Shown here in pieces: positions 36,438-52,995 of a stretch of 64,000 bases of DNA (position 1 is the stretch's first letter; every line of letters begins with the position of its first letter). A model generated the notes under the pieces. It ran no database searches. It saw only the letters and a program-made list of their open reading frames with translations, and had not been told where the DNA came from. Location: the NCBI RefSeq assembly GCF_009914755.1, contig NC_060926.1; one strand, 5' to 3'. Origin of the DNA: the human T2T-CHM13v2.0 reference genome, Homo sapiens. The position numbers and the translations under genes are program-made.

Positions 36438-37239
36438 CTAGGAAGAAAGGAAGGAGGAAAGGGAAGGAGATTGAAAGGGAGAAGAATTATTTAGTATTGG
36501 GAAGGCAAATCACATTATTTTATTTTTACTCTCAAAATATTGCAGATATTTATCACTGCTGACAAAATATATTCTTCAGAAATAGAAGACAGATTCAACC
36601 TTTTATAAAAATAATAGAGATTTATAAAACAAAGAATGTGCTGCAAATATAAATTTAGTTTGTCTAACTTTCCTTATTTTAATTGGTAAGATTTAAGCTT
36701 CAATGGTAAAAATTTTCAATAATCAATAATAACTGCTGGAGAGGGGACAACAGGTAGCGTGATCCCTGTCAAAGTTTCAATTCTGGATCTCCAAGTCGAA
36801 ATTCAAAAATAGTCACTTTGCCTTTTTACCCCCATCCATATTTTTTATATTTGCTTTTATCAGAGTAACATATTCACATAATATATGGTCAAATAATCCT
36901 ACCTGGCTTATTTAAAACAAAAACAAATGTAGAACCCCCTGCCAAATTTCCTCTCTCTAGAATGGTCGTGTACAACTACTTTAACTGCAACTGTTCTGGT
37001 GTTTATTTCTGTATCACATTATCTATTGATTATGGAACTTACACACTTACAGCTTTCCCTTCTAACTCTCCCAACATGTTTATATTTAATTTTGAATAAA
37101 AAAATAAAAATACATAAATTATATTAAAAATATAAAAATGAAATAAAATATCATGTTGATATTATCATGATTGTGTTTACCATTCAAACAAACTAAGCTA
37201 AACCATGTTTAGCTTTTTGTATCCTGATTACTTTCTAAA

Positions 37240-38235
37240 ATAAGTTTTTTTACTTTAAAATAGTTTTAGATGGACAGAAAAGTTGCAAAGATAGCACAGA
37301 GTTCCCATATACTCCTCATCCATTTCCCTTATTGTTAACATTTTACTTTACCATGGTACATTTGTCACAACTAGGAAATCAACATCACTATTAACTATAT
37401 TACTATTACTATTAAGTAAACATCATACTTTATTTAGATTTCATTATCTTTTCCAGAATGTCCTTTCACTATTCCAGAATCCCATTTGGGATACTTAGAT
37501 TTAGTCATGTCTCCTTAGGCTCCTCTGGGGTGTGACAATTTCTCAGTCTTTCCTTGCTTTTCATGACCTCAACAGTTTTGAGGAGTACTGGTCAAGTATT
37601 TTGTAGATTGTCCCTCAATTTGGGTTTGTCTGATGTTTTCCTCATGCTTAGATTGGACTTCAGGTTTTTAGGAAGACTAGCACAGAACCGAAGTGCACTT
37701 CTTTATCATGCCATATCAGGGGGCATGTGATAGCCACATGACATTCCTAATGATGTTAACCTTTATCACTTGGCCAAGGTGTGATTGACAAGTTTCACCA
37801 ATATAAAGCTACTTTTTTTCCCCTCTCCATACTCTACTCTTTGGAAACTAAGTGTAGCCACACTCAAGCCAGGGGAACAGGGGCCTATGTTCCACCTCCT
37901 GGAGAAGGCAATACCTAAGTAAACTGGAATAATTCTGTAAGGAAGATCTGTTTCTCCTCTCCCATTTATTTATTTATTCAAATAATCCATCTATATCAGC
38001 ATCAACTCTTGGGCATTTATACTTTGGGTCACAATAAAATAATACATCATTTATTTTATTATTCAAAGTGCTCCAGCTTTGGCCATTGGGAGGCTCTTTC
38101 AGCAATGTCCTTTTGACATTTCCCCATCCTTTTGTTGTCTGAGCACTTCCTTACTTGCTGGGACTATAAACTGTTCCAGGCTTACCTTGTATTTTCCCTG
38201 CCCTAGTCCTAGAATCAGCCATTTCTCTAAGGTCC
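37240..38235 (-). mobile_element. L1MC-like 3' end
   Basis: ttttaga..cagaaaagttgcaaagatagcacagagttcccatatac motif and collinear downstream motifs. Confidence 0.75.
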
Positions 38236-38384
38236 TTTACCTTTTCAAAATTAAATATATAAGATTTTTATAACAAATAGTTTACCAGGTCAATCTCACA
38301 TTTGAGAGCTTGCTTTTGGATCAAATGTTAAATTCAAGATAAAATACTGATTATATGTTATGTTGCTTATTCTCATTTTCTCCT

Positions 38385-38825
38385 TCTAATCCATTCTCTG
38401 CCCTTCTCTACCCTGCCGTGAGCCTTGGAGACTAGTTTCTACGAACTCCGTCACCTGGGCTACCTGGCCATCTGGCTCCCCTTTGGGTTTGGCCAATAGA
38501 AAGCACCAGCAAGTGGAGAGGTGAGTTGGAATATTTATTCCCCAAATCCCTCTCTGCCTGGCTGGTTGGCAGGGTCTGGGCTCCTGCAGAGCAGACCCTC
38601 TTGCACAGCCACAGCTCTTGTGGGTTCCAGGAGCCTGACTCCCTTGTCTTGCCCCTTCAGGCCCAGGGCTGGTGATGGCTTCTCATTGACGCTAATCTTT
38701 GGGTGGTACTTTTTATCATCCCTTACTGTTCCCTTTAGCCCTGCCCACATCTCTGTAATAAGCCCTTCATCAATCTCTCTTCAATTACTCCTTTGAGTGT
38801 ACCATCTGTTTCTGGCTAAGACTCA
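38385..38825. mobile_element. LTR33-like ERVL solo LTR
   Basis: ccattctctgcccttctc...gggtttggccaat..agcaccagca...tatttattcccc. Confidence 0.7.
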
Positions 38826-38965
38826 TGGAGTAATTTTACTAACTATATATAGTATTCTAGAAAAGTTTACTAGTTCTAAAATCTTCACACAAAAAGGCTT
38901 CCTTTCTGCTAGCTCCTAAAACAAGACAGCTTTGAATATACTTTGAGCTATAGCAAAATTATTTA

Positions 38966-39157
<192 letters not shown>

Positions 39158-39240
39158 CTAAAGTATAACAATTAACTGAAATACAAATTACCACCAATCA
39201 CTTCACAGAGATCAAAAGTGGTATGAACATTATTTTGTGA

Positions 39241-39574
<334 letters not shown>

Positions 39575-40774
39575 ACGTTTCTTGAATTTTTATAATGAAA
39601 AACATGCATATAAGAAAAATTTACAAACTATATCCAAAGAATTCAATAGCAAATTTCATCAAATCTAAAATGCCATAGACTGAAACATGAATTTTTATGT
39701 ACAACTAAGGAAAGGAAAAAACACATTGCTAATTAAAATATGGCAACTTTGATTATAAGATGCCTCCTCATTTTAAAGTTGTAAAAAATTATATTTCTTA
39801 GAATCAATGAAATATTTTATTAGCAAATTCAATCATAAAGTCTTGTCTTTCTCTTTCATCCCCTCACAACCAACGAGTCACCAAGTCCTACTGCTTTTAC
39901 TCCTTTCCACTCTCTACAATTACCTTTTTAATGGACTGCATTGTGGTAATAGCTTCCTAACTTTATATCTTACTTTTCATCTGTTTCCTTATTCTCCCCC
40001 TCTGCCCTCCCAATTCAATCTATACTCTGCTGTCACAATTATCTTTCTGGAACACAGATCTAATCATAACCTACCCTGCTTTTTAAAAGGTTTAATAACT
40101 TTTAAAAATCAGTAAATCCCCACCATCACATTCTTTAGCATGGCATACAATGCCTTTTTCCCATCTTGTCCAAAATCATATTATGTGGCTTAATATCCCA
40201 CTATTTAGCCATAACTGCTGTGTGCCTGCTCGTGAAGGAACTACTCTGCCTCCACAGCTTTGGCCTATACAATATCCCTTCTGCCTGAAATCCCCCTCTT
40301 CTTTCCTCACAGCTCCCCTATCCTTACTGGTCCTTGTCCTCCTGGAGCACGCCTATTCATCCATCAAGATACAGCTCAAATACTGCTTCCTCAACGAGTC
40401 CTGCCTTCTTCCCCCATTCTATGGTTCCAGAGAATTACAGAATGAGCTCCTTAAGAGTACTAACTGTATCATATTCACATTTCTTTCCCTTTCCATTAAT
40501 AGATTATTTGATAAACTGATAGTCAATATATATCTTCAATAAATATACATTCAAATTTTTTTAATTTAAAATTTAAAATAAATAAACAGTACTTTTTATG
40601 ACCAAATTAACGAGTGAATAAATGAATACAAACACTTTTTTAATGTGGCTATAAGGCAATCGAACATTTTTAATCTATATCTTTTATTTGACAGAATGAT
40701 AGAATCCCCAAAATTTCAATGAACTTTACTGGTATCCCTTGTTCTAAGCAGATACCCTCTAGGGTCAAATTTAA

Positions 40775-41130
40775 TGTTACTATAGTTTGAATGTCTGTCC
40801 CCTCCAAAACTCACATTGAAATGTAATTGCCATTTTGACAGTATTAAGAGATGAGACCTTTAAGCAGTGATCAGGGCATGAGGGCCCTCATGGCTGGGAC
40901 TACTGCCATTATACAAAGGGGAATTAGGTCCCCTCTTGTCTCTCTGTTGCACTCTCTTTGCCCTTCTTCCTTCCACCATGAAATTATGCAGCAGAAAAGC
41001 CCTCACCAGATGTCAGTAGCTCAATACTGGACTTCTCATTCTCCAGAACTGTGAGCCAATAAGTTTCTGTTAATATATACTATGCAGTCTGTGGTATTCT
41101 GTCATAGCAGCACATAATAGAGTAAGACAA
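40775..41130 (+). mobile_element. MaLR solo LTR (MST family)
   Basis: ctatagtttgaatgtctgtcccctccaaaactcac...gtcatagcagcac..taagaca. Confidence 0.85.
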
Positions 41131-43054
41131 ATGTATTGAGCTCCATTTTCCCAAGGAAACCAATGGAAGAAAAAAACTCAAAGTTTTAACCTAGGAGGGT
41201 CTGATCTATCTGTCTTGCTACCTGTATGAAATTAAAGGTGAACCAGCAAGCCCTCTACAGTACTCTTGGTATTGACCCATCCATAAGAGGAGGAGAATAC
41301 GACCATCTTCTAACTGCAAACCAGCCAGGATGTGGCAGCAGCAAGGAAAGAAAACCACCTTTTAGTAAGCCCTCATTACATGCCAGGCACTGTGTAGGCA
41401 TTTCCTCATTGTAATCTCCTTTAATCTTTACAACAGCACCATGACGTATTTCCTTTATTTCTGAAAATAACTAAACTGTGTCTCAGAGGCTAAATAACTT
41501 CTCTACGTCAAACTACACTGTGGAAAATGAATTCAATACCAGATCAACTTGACTACAAACCCTATGCTCTGTTATCTCCTACCATGGCTAAGACCACAGT
41601 GCAAAACCCAGGAGCCCCTGGCCCTCAGAATTTAAAAGCAAATTCTTCTCTGAGGTTTTCTTAAGTTTAAATCATTAAGTTTAAATTGTTAGATAACTTC
41701 CATCCAGGTTATCTTTCCTACCTTAACAATAACACAGATCCAAATAATTCCCCATATATTCACTCACTCAGAAAATACTGACTACTATGACCTGAGGAAC
41801 TATGCTAGATACTTTTAGTTACAGCTAAACCAAACCCCACTTACAGTTTTCCGTTTAACACTTAACACATTGTTTTGCAAGACAAACAAACAGACTTTAG
41901 AACCCATGTTTTTCTACCTGGGGAAGGCTGAACTAACAAAAATAAGCAGATAAAACATTATGATAAATAAGTAAATGGCAACCAACAAAAATAACCAATA
42001 AAGAACAAGAATTAAGAAGGAGGCTATAAATATAGAAATAATTAGAATGCAGATTTTTAATTATTTAGGAACCTTGAAAACTATGCTTTTTTTTTTCCTT
42101 CACTTTTACATCTACGAGAAATATTGTCGTTTGACAATGTATAGAGAGCATCTACGTTCTACAGTATATTCTACTGGGTAACTTTGAGATACTGATTCAA
42201 AAGCATCAGAAGACATCATTTCTTGCCCTAAAAGAAATTATTAAAATATATAAAAATAACATTAAAACAACTGGTATAGGCTTTTATGCAGCCAAAAATA
42301 TATATCACTGTAGTCTATGGCGAATTTATAAAAGCCAACAGGGTATTCAAAAGGGACAAAATATAGTACTGGGTTAGAAAATAAGACATTCAAAAAACGT
42401 ATTAAGCTTAGTTATTAATAAGCTCTCACTTTCTAAATTCTTTAAAATTCACAATATATTAATTCTCCTACTTGACATTTTCCAATGCTACTTCTGAAAA
42501 TTCTTTTAAAATTAAATTTATTAAAAATACTATTGAGAAGGATAATACTCATATGTACATTTATGAAAACAATGCTTTTATTTTAATGTAGCATCACCTA
42601 AGATTAATTATTAAATTTTCTTCAAATAACTGATTACTTTGCAACAAATTAAAAGTATTAGAAGTTTGAAGGAAGGACAGACAGATATGTATGTTTAACA
42701 TCTAAACACATTTAAAATATCACATTAAAAATCAGAAAAATTAATCTGAAACAACTATATTATACTAAATACTACTCAAAAGCTGGCTATGAAAAGAGAC
42801 ACATATTCAGATCACAGAGAAAATATTCAAAATAACTACTCCATGGTGATTTCTTATGTTAAACTTCTGGTTTTCTGAATGTATAAAATTGTAATTTTTA
42901 TTTTATAATTATAAAACTATAAGATTATAAAATTCCATGATAAAATACAACAAAGATTTATACTATGAAGATGAAATGTCCCTAAAAGAAAATGTGATAA
43001 GTTTACACCGTTTCCTTTGTTATTTTTTCCTCTACCTTACTCACTGCACATTTA

Positions 43055-43240
<186 letters not shown>

Positions 43241-43352
43241 TCAGAAAGAGAAAAATGAGGTCACTGTGGGAAAATACGTAGCCTAGAGAACTTTATAATC
43301 TTAAGAACAACTTTTAAACATTTTTAAAACTTTCCACATTTTTAAAAAAACA

Positions 43353-44161
<809 letters not shown>

Positions 44162-45057
44162 CTAAATAAAATTGGTTAGGTTTAATATTTTACATTTTAA
44201 AACACAGCAGTATAGAGACAATACTCAATAGAGTATTGTAGAAAGAACACTGAAAAATACAGTCTAAAAATCAGGTGGCAAATTAAAGCTTAATCACTTA
44301 CTGGTATACAGGCCATGGACAAATCACCTAAATGTCCATTTTCCCCACATGTAAAAAATGAGGATTAAAAAACACTGAGTTTTTATGAGACTCAAACAAC
44401 AAGTATATAAAAGTACTTTGAAAACAGCAAAATGACATAAAAGTTCATTATTTTACTTCCACCAGTGAGTGGATTTACTTAATGTCCTAACCCTTGCTAA
44501 AAAACAAAACTGCCCCACCAGTAATCATACATCTATGATAGCTAAACCTTGCAAAGCCAGAATTTTTCTCCAGATTATGCTGCCTGATCCTATTCTATTT
44601 TACCTTCTTTCCAGGGATTGATTTTTCTCACTTACCATTTAAGTCTGTCATTCTTTTTACAAACAACCATTGGTAGCTTGCTACAAAAATACCCTGTGGT
44701 ATCTACATGTAAACTTTGGCTTCAGACACCAGAAGACACCTATAAAACTTAAACTGCACATCGCCCTACTCATTATCTCTCTGCTTAAATGCACTGACAC
44801 CTCGTCCTTTCTACCTACCAAAAAAAATTGGAACTAAAAGCTACACTCGAACTTGTTGCACTAATTTGCCTTGAGAAAACCAAAATTTTATTTAATTAAA
44901 ACAAAATTTAGACGATTGGGAAAAAGAAAAAAAATCTGAATTGAAGACTTTAATTACACAAACCGCCATAAAAAATAAATGTATATACAAACATGAATGA
45001 TATGTACGATAATCATATAAAATTGTATAAACAAGACTGATGCATACACTTACTTAC

Positions 45058-45191
45058 CATAAAATTTCCTTGATTATCGTAAATGTGTATTTCCCCATTT
45101 GCCATTCCAAAAAGTAAGACTTTACTGTCCGCAGACCATGTTACATGGGATAGCTGTATACCCTTCAGGTCTTTTCCCCAAATACGATTGC
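45058..45191 (-). CDS. WDR35: WDR35 exon 6 ([45 protein letters not shown])
   Basis: 134 nt, phase 1-0; donor ATG|GTAAGT. Confidence 0.96.
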
Positions 45192-46339
45192 CTAAAACAA
45201 AACATTATTAAAAGTTGTTCAAGGTCATGATCCTCCAACAACGGCTTTCGAAATCTTTGTTTTTCTAAAGATCTCACAAATTCTTCACAGCATTCATGCA
45301 TTCATTCAATTTATTTGGCCAATAAATATTTACTGAGCACCTATATGTGCCTGAAAAGACATCTGAAATAGCAGCTGTTTCAACCTTTCTCCCCTTTCTT
45401 CTAAACTCTGATGCTGGATCTCACTCCCAATTAGCAGTTGAGCCCATCTTCTATTTTGGAAAGAAAATAAAAGCACCCAAAAAACAAATTCCTCATTCCC
45501 ATCTTCAACAATTCAGAACATAACTGAGTCCATGCTTACACTTTCTGCGTTGCCCACTAATACAAAAGAAGAGGTATTTCCCCAGTCAGTCCCCTATCCA
45601 AGGCTAATTCCTCTATGTATTCTCTGATCTAATCCCTTCCTACCTTTGCAAAGATCTCCCTTTATCGACTACTCTCATTTTCTCTTTCTCATTAAACTCT
45701 TCACTCCAGGGCCTTTCTTATGTGGATTTAAACACATGCAGATCTATTTCTCTTTGAAACCATCACCCTAAATAAAATAAACACTTTTATTAACCCCAAG
45801 TTCCCCCTCTAACTACTATTTCTACCATTCCTTTCCCAACCAAACTTCATGAAAGAGTTCTTCACACCTATAGTCTCCACTTCAACTGCCACTCAACCCT
45901 TAACCCCTCCCAATCTGGCTTCTGCCCCACAACTCCATTGAAACTGCCTACAACATACACTATTTGGGTTATGGTTATATACTAATAGTCCAGACCTCAC
46001 CAATATTCAATATATCCATATAACAAACCTGCACTTGTACCCTCTAAATCTATAAAAATAATAAATAAAAAAAGAAGAAACCAAACCTGTTGACATCTTG
46101 ATCTTGGACTTCTAGAGTCTAGAACTCTGAGAAAATAAATTTCTGTTGTTTAAAAAAAAGAAAGAAACTGCCTTCATGGACGTCACTGATGGCCTGTTGC
46201 TAAAGCCAATTGATACTTTTTTTTTTTTTTTTTTACCACTCCCTCCTTCTTGAACTCTCTTGGCTGCCATTAGCCCATATACTCCTTTATCTCTAAGACT
46301 CTTATATTTCTCGACATCCTTCTTCTGCCTATCCCTTAA

Positions 46340-46669
<330 letters not shown>

Positions 46670-47707
46670 TGATTCTTAACTCTACAAATGCCTCTTAGTT
46701 TTGTTCAACTATTTCAATGGTTTAAATTACCATGCATATGCTGGTGGTTCCCAAAATTTTGTGTTCAGCACAGACATTTTTGAGCTGCAGATATGTATGT
46801 CTAACTATGGTCTGGATAGATTTACTTGAATGGCCTATGGCATGACAAAATCAACATATCCAACAGAGGAATTTTCCCTTAAAATCAATCTTTCTCCACA
46901 CTATTTTAATGAAAGGCATTACCATCCATCCAGCTGCCCAAGCTAAAACTCTGGATACTGCCCTGGGGACTTCCATCCTCTCATCCCCAATCCTATCTAT
47001 TCTGCCTCCTGAGTATGTATAAAATCTACTTACTTCCATTCCCTTGTCATTACCTGGATGGCTACCATCCACCATAATCTCTCACCTGAATTGCCAGAGC
47101 AGTTTCCTGATACAGCTGCCCATTATCTTTCCTTCCTTTCTCTATTCTTCATATGTAGCACAGAGATGTTTCTAAAGAACAATCTTATCACATTGCTCCC
47201 ATTCTTAAAACTTTTCATTGGCCTCCCAAGTGCTGTTGGACTTAAGTCCAAACACCTTAATATAACTTATGATCTGCATGATCTGGCCTCTGTTTCTCTC
47301 TCTAGATTCACTGCATACTACTCTTCACTGTTAGTATTATACCCTACTGATAATCAACTTTTTTCAATGGCCCAAACATAGCTAAGTGCAACTCCTCTGG
47401 ACCTCCTCAAATACTACTTCTTAGGGCAGAGACATTCTACACACCAACCTACCTTGTGGCTAATGCCTCAGCATCAGCATCACTTCCTCCAGGAAGCCTT
47501 TCCTGATCCCTCCAAGTCTGCATTAGGTGGCACTTCTACATGCTCCTGTATTTTCCCCATCTTAGCGCTTATCACAGGATACTGTAATTTCTCAGTTACT
47601 CATCCATCTCTCCTGATCTAGGTCTGGTCATTGCTGTACCCTTAGTTCCTAAAATGATAGCTGTTGCTTTATAGGCTCTCAGAAACATTTGTTGACTACA
47701 TGAAGTT

Positions 47708-47766
47708 ACACACACACACACAGACACACACACACACACACACACACAGAGCGAGCGAGAGAGAGA
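47708..47766. repeat. (CA)n/(GA)n compound microsatellite
   Basis: Seen directly. Confidence 0.95.
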
Positions 47767-48278
47767 AATAAAAATGATTTTAAAATAAATTATTTATCTA
47801 CAGAGTTTCAAATTAAAACAAAGGTGCAGACTCTCAGAAGACCCAGTTTTATCTATTACTAGAATTTGAAAAATACAGGTTTTTAAGGCTATAAACTACA
47901 ACCAACAATGACATATTCAGTTCCAATAAAAACGACCACAGACTTTTTGAAACTAAAGTCTATATATTTGTACAGACTAACCAATATAAAAAGAAATTAC
48001 ATAATGAGGCAGACATGTTTAAAATAATGCTGAAAAGTTAATTCAATTTTTTCAATGCCACTGTAGGAAATAAAAAAATTTCCTTGAATATACATAAAAA
48101 CAGATGGTTAAAATCAAAGAACGGTTCTTGAATGTCGTCAAATTGTATATCAAATAGTTTCCCTTTTATGTCTATTTTTCAATCAGAATGCTAACATATG
48201 GTAACTAACTTAAATCTCTAAAGAAGAAAACTGTCAGCCAGATATTGATCTTAGTTCTATGTCCAATCAATACATTAC

Positions 48279-48407
48279 CATCCACTGAACCAACTATCAC
48301 AGCCCCATCTTCATATACAATGCAGATCTTCTGTCCGTCAGCATTCCAGCTCATACTGCGAACAACTGATTTATTTCGATTGTTGATCATCTCCTCAATC
48401 CAAGAGC
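48279..48407 (-). CDS. WDR35: WDR35 exon 5 ([43 protein letters not shown])
   Basis: 129 nt, phase 1-1; within ORF 48205..48417. Confidence 0.97.
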
Positions 48408-49298
48408 CTGTTTTCACAAATTTAAAAAATTACAAGTCAAAACTTTCACATCTATTAAATAGTAGTTAAGAATTGAAAGCATTCCATAAAGTACGCCATG
48501 GGACAAATAACTGCAAAGTTTTCTACAACCTGAGACATTAAACTATAAAACTTCCAAATCCAACAAAAACAAAATGAAAAATTAACTTGGGCTTAACTGA
48601 TAACTGCTTCAAAGATTATCACAGAAAACATAATAAATGCCCATCCTTTGTTTCTTCTTTCTTTCTTTCCCTCTCTCTTTCTTTCTGTCAATTAAAAATT
48701 AAACTTCATTTGCTTTTTCAGAGCTAAAACTACTGATTTTTCTGAAAGCCTAACTTTTCCCACTTGAACAATATGGTTCAGATCATAACCAATTAAAAAA
48801 ACTCCAAGTAACAATAACTTTATACATATGCACATAAACTCTCCAATGAATAATTACAAGCATATTAAATGCAGCATATTAGTTACCATCACAAAGAGAA
48901 TGAAGGCAAAAAAATACACAGCATATTAGGTAAAACCCTAAGCCTGCTTGAAAAAATTCTAATCAGTTTATACTACATTAGTGACACGACATCTCTAATG
49001 CCGAATGACAAAAATATTCTAGTTGTATGCAGGGTAGGAATGAGATGTAACTTGTCTTTTAGCATAACCAAACTAGAAGCAAAAAAATAGGCTATTTTGT
49101 TTTTGCTTTTCTCAAAGGCTTTTTGACATACCAACATGGGCAACTCTGGCCTGCAGCCAAGCAAATAATCATGTAATTTGGAATAACTGCCCAGAGCAGG
49201 ATAACAGAATCGAGACTGAGACCCAGAGAAGACCTGAAGACCTACCTTGGAAACAGACAAAGTTTACTCCAGTCCACTGAACTTTCACATTCTATCCC

Positions 49299-49301
<3 letters not shown>

Positions 49302-49332
<31 letters not shown>
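49302..49332. repeat. (CA)n microsatellite
   Basis: Seen directly. Confidence 0.95.
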
Positions 49333-49334
<2 letters not shown>

Positions 49335-50205
49335 TTTAAAAAATTAAAGTATTATAGCATATCTTTAATGAAGACTTTTTAAATGGTATGCCCTGCCATT
49401 TAAAACAGCACACATGAACTTTTCAAAACAGCACACATGAACTAAGGCACCCTTCCCTTTTGAAGATGATAACTACAGGCCTCAGGAGAACATGTATTAT
49501 GAGCTGCTTTTCTGGTAAAAGTGGATTATCTAAGTTAATCCTTCTTTTACTCACCCTCTCTCATAGACAAACTGTGAACCAGTAGTCAGAGTTGAGATAA
49601 AATCTGTATCCATAAAAGAAAAGGAAACTAACTGGCCCATGCAGGAAGTGAATTATTCCCTTTGACTTCTTACTAAATGTGTTTTTATCTACTGAGATAA
49701 CTCTAGCCACTCATTTATTCATTCATTCAACAAATATTTATTGAACATGTACACTGTGCTATGTATTATAAAAGGTTCTACGTATAAAATGAACAAACAG
49801 TCATTTCCCCTTTCCCCTCAGAGCTTACAGTCTACTGAGGAACCAATATTAAATACACACTCACACACACATGAATGTAATTATAAACTGGAACTACCTA
49901 GAAGTAATTCTTATTGGAAATCTGGAAAAAAAAAAAGACTTATCTCAAGTAGAAGCTATTCTTCTGCTAAGAGTCTAAGTTCATTTTGGAGATGGCCAAC
50001 AGTCACCTAATTCACTTTCTTAATAACAGGGTTAAAGTTTTAAAAAAGTGAAAAGTAGGCAGCAATAAATCCAGAAATATTATCACTGTGCAGTCAGGAT
50101 GAACTCCTGTTGTTAGTAAAAGGGGTCTATTTTGGAGATGTTATTTACCCATCCAAATACTGTGATCCAGATGCCAACTTGTGAAAAATTAAATAATCTC
50201 TCCTA

Positions 50206-50337
<132 letters not shown>

Positions 50338-51048
50338 TTAAAGGTTACAATTAATTTCAAATTCACATTTTTATATAAACACCAAGATCATGTTAAAATC
50401 AATATGGTTCCTGTACAGCTAACTAGTCTTTAATATTCCTCAAAACCTATTCATAAGATGCAGTTATTGATATCACTAATTTTCTACAACAATGCATAAT
50501 ACTATTTTTCATATCTATCCCTATTTCATCCCAGTAAAGACACCAATCATGGCTAGCTACCAGAACTACCATATACCTGATGACAGAAACAAATACAAGC
50601 ATGGTTTACTCAATTGGCCTGACTCCCAAAAATAATGATGTTCAAAGGACACCATAACAAGTACTTGTTTAGGGGACTTTTATCATTTTTGGTAGATATG
50701 TCCTATAATCTCTCTTCTGCCCACCTCTCACTCGTTTTCCATTCTATTAGTAAAACACTCTTGAGCATATCTTAAACCTCTAGGGTACGTGAATAATTGA
50801 TGACTTTTAATTTTTTAATCCCTAAATACTTTAGTGTACATTTCCTAAAAATAAAGACATTCTCTTCCATAATCATATTACAAATTAGGAAGTTTAACAC
50901 TGATATACTATTATCTAACTCACAGTCCATATACAAATTTTACCAATTGTCCAAATAATGTCCTTTATAGACACTTGTTCTTCTCATTCCAAGATCCAAT
51001 CTAGGATTATACAGTGCATTTAGTTGTTATACATCTTCAGTCTTTAGT

Positions 51049-51342
51049 CTTTTTTTTTCTTGAGACAGGATCTTGCACTGTCACCAAGGCTGGAATGCAG
51101 TGGCACAATCATGGCTCACTGCAGCCTCCAACTCATGAGCTCAAGCGATCCTCCCACCTCAGCCTCCTGAGTACTGGGGACTACGGGCACACAGCACCAC
51201 GCCTGGTTAATTTTTTTTATTTTTTGTAGAAACAGGGTCTCATTATGTTGCCCAGGGTGGTTCCAAAATCCCAGCCTCATGCAGTCTTCCCACCTTGGCC
51301 TCCCAAAGTGCTTGAACTATAGGTGTTAGCCACTACACCCAG
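51049..51342 (-). mobile_element. AluJ inside an L1M fragment
   Basis: Degenerate dimeric Alu. Confidence 0.88.
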
Positions 51343-51537
51343 TCTCTTCAGTCTCCTTTAATCTGGAATCATAGGACAGATTCTAAAAAGGATTATATAT
51401 ACAACATCCATAGACAGGAGTATTTTCAATATATTAAAAACAGCTATTTTCTTCTAGATTTATTTAAGATGTTGTTTAATCATGTAAAAGTTGAATGACT
51501 CTAAGTTGTATTACTTATGTCTCAACAGAAATGATTA

Positions 51538-51877
51538 CAAACAGCTCCCAACTTACAATGGTACTACTTAAATGACTTTTCGGTGATGGGAATGCAATGC
51601 ACATTCAGTAGAAACCGTACTTCGAGTGCCCATACAACCATTCTGTTTTTCACTTTTAGTACAGAAATCAATAAGTTACATAAGATATTCAACATTTTAT
51701 TATAAAATAGGCTTTATGTCAGATGATTGTGCCCAACTGTAGGCTAGTGTTTTCTGGGCATATTTAAGGTAAGCTAGGCAGAGCTACGATGTTCAGTAGG
51801 TTAGGTGTATTAAATGCATTTTCAACTTACAATGGGTTTATTGGAACATATCCCCATCGTAACTCAAAGAGCATCTG
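51538..51877 (-). mobile_element. MER47A-like Tigger MITE
   Basis: TA flanks; inverted termini caaacagctcccaacttacaatgg / ccatcgtaactcaaagagcatctg; body matches the recalled consensus. Confidence 0.85.
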
Positions 51878-51968
51878 TACTGTAAATATTACCATTATTT
51901 AAAATGTTGACATTTCTGCATTAAGTAGAAACTTTCTAAATGCCTAAATACCACTCAAACATGACTTA

Positions 51969-52148
<180 letters not shown>

Positions 52149-52995
52149 TTAATCATTTTTCTAAGTATGCCCCATTCTGATATATTTTTCTCATGGTATA
52201 AACATGAACAATAACACATACCCCTTGCAAAGATATTCTGGTAAAATAAAGCAAAATATATAAATGAAGATTGTTTACTCATACATTACATATATTAATA
52301 ATCATCACTGCTTTTTATTCCTTTCCAAAAGACCACAAATAGAAATATTTATGGCCTACAGATTGAAAACTCTACAGCTTACAAGGGATCAAAAGAGCAT
52401 AGACTTTGAAAATGGGTTTTTACTAGATTACACAGAATCTTATATTCACTCATTTATTCATTCATTTAACAAATATTTATGAAATGTGTACACTGTGCTA
52501 TGCATTACAAAAGGTTCTACATATAAAATGGTGAACAAAACAGTCATTTCCCCTTTCTTCTCAGAGCTTTCAGTCTAAGGGACCAATATTAAATATATAC
52601 TCACATACACATAAATGTAACTATAAACTGGGAATGTGAAAGCATAATAAGAAAGAGTAGCAGAAGTGACTTAATTTAGATTGATGGGGAACCAGGGAAG
52701 GCTATCAGAAGAACTGATATTTAAGCTGAGACTGAGAGGTAAACTGGAGATAGCCAGGAAAGGTAGAGAAAGAAGGGGAGTATTCCAGGCTAGGACACAG
52801 CAACATAAAGGCTCTGAGGTAGACAACTAGAGCCCTTGACAAACTCTAAGAAGGCCTATGTGGATGAACAGGGGAGAAAATTGCATCAAACAAGGCTGGA
52901 GTGATAGGCACAAGAAAAACTATGAAGTATTTGTAGAAAATGATAAGAATTTTAGATTTTATCCAAAGTGCAATGAAAACCTCTAAAGACGTCTT

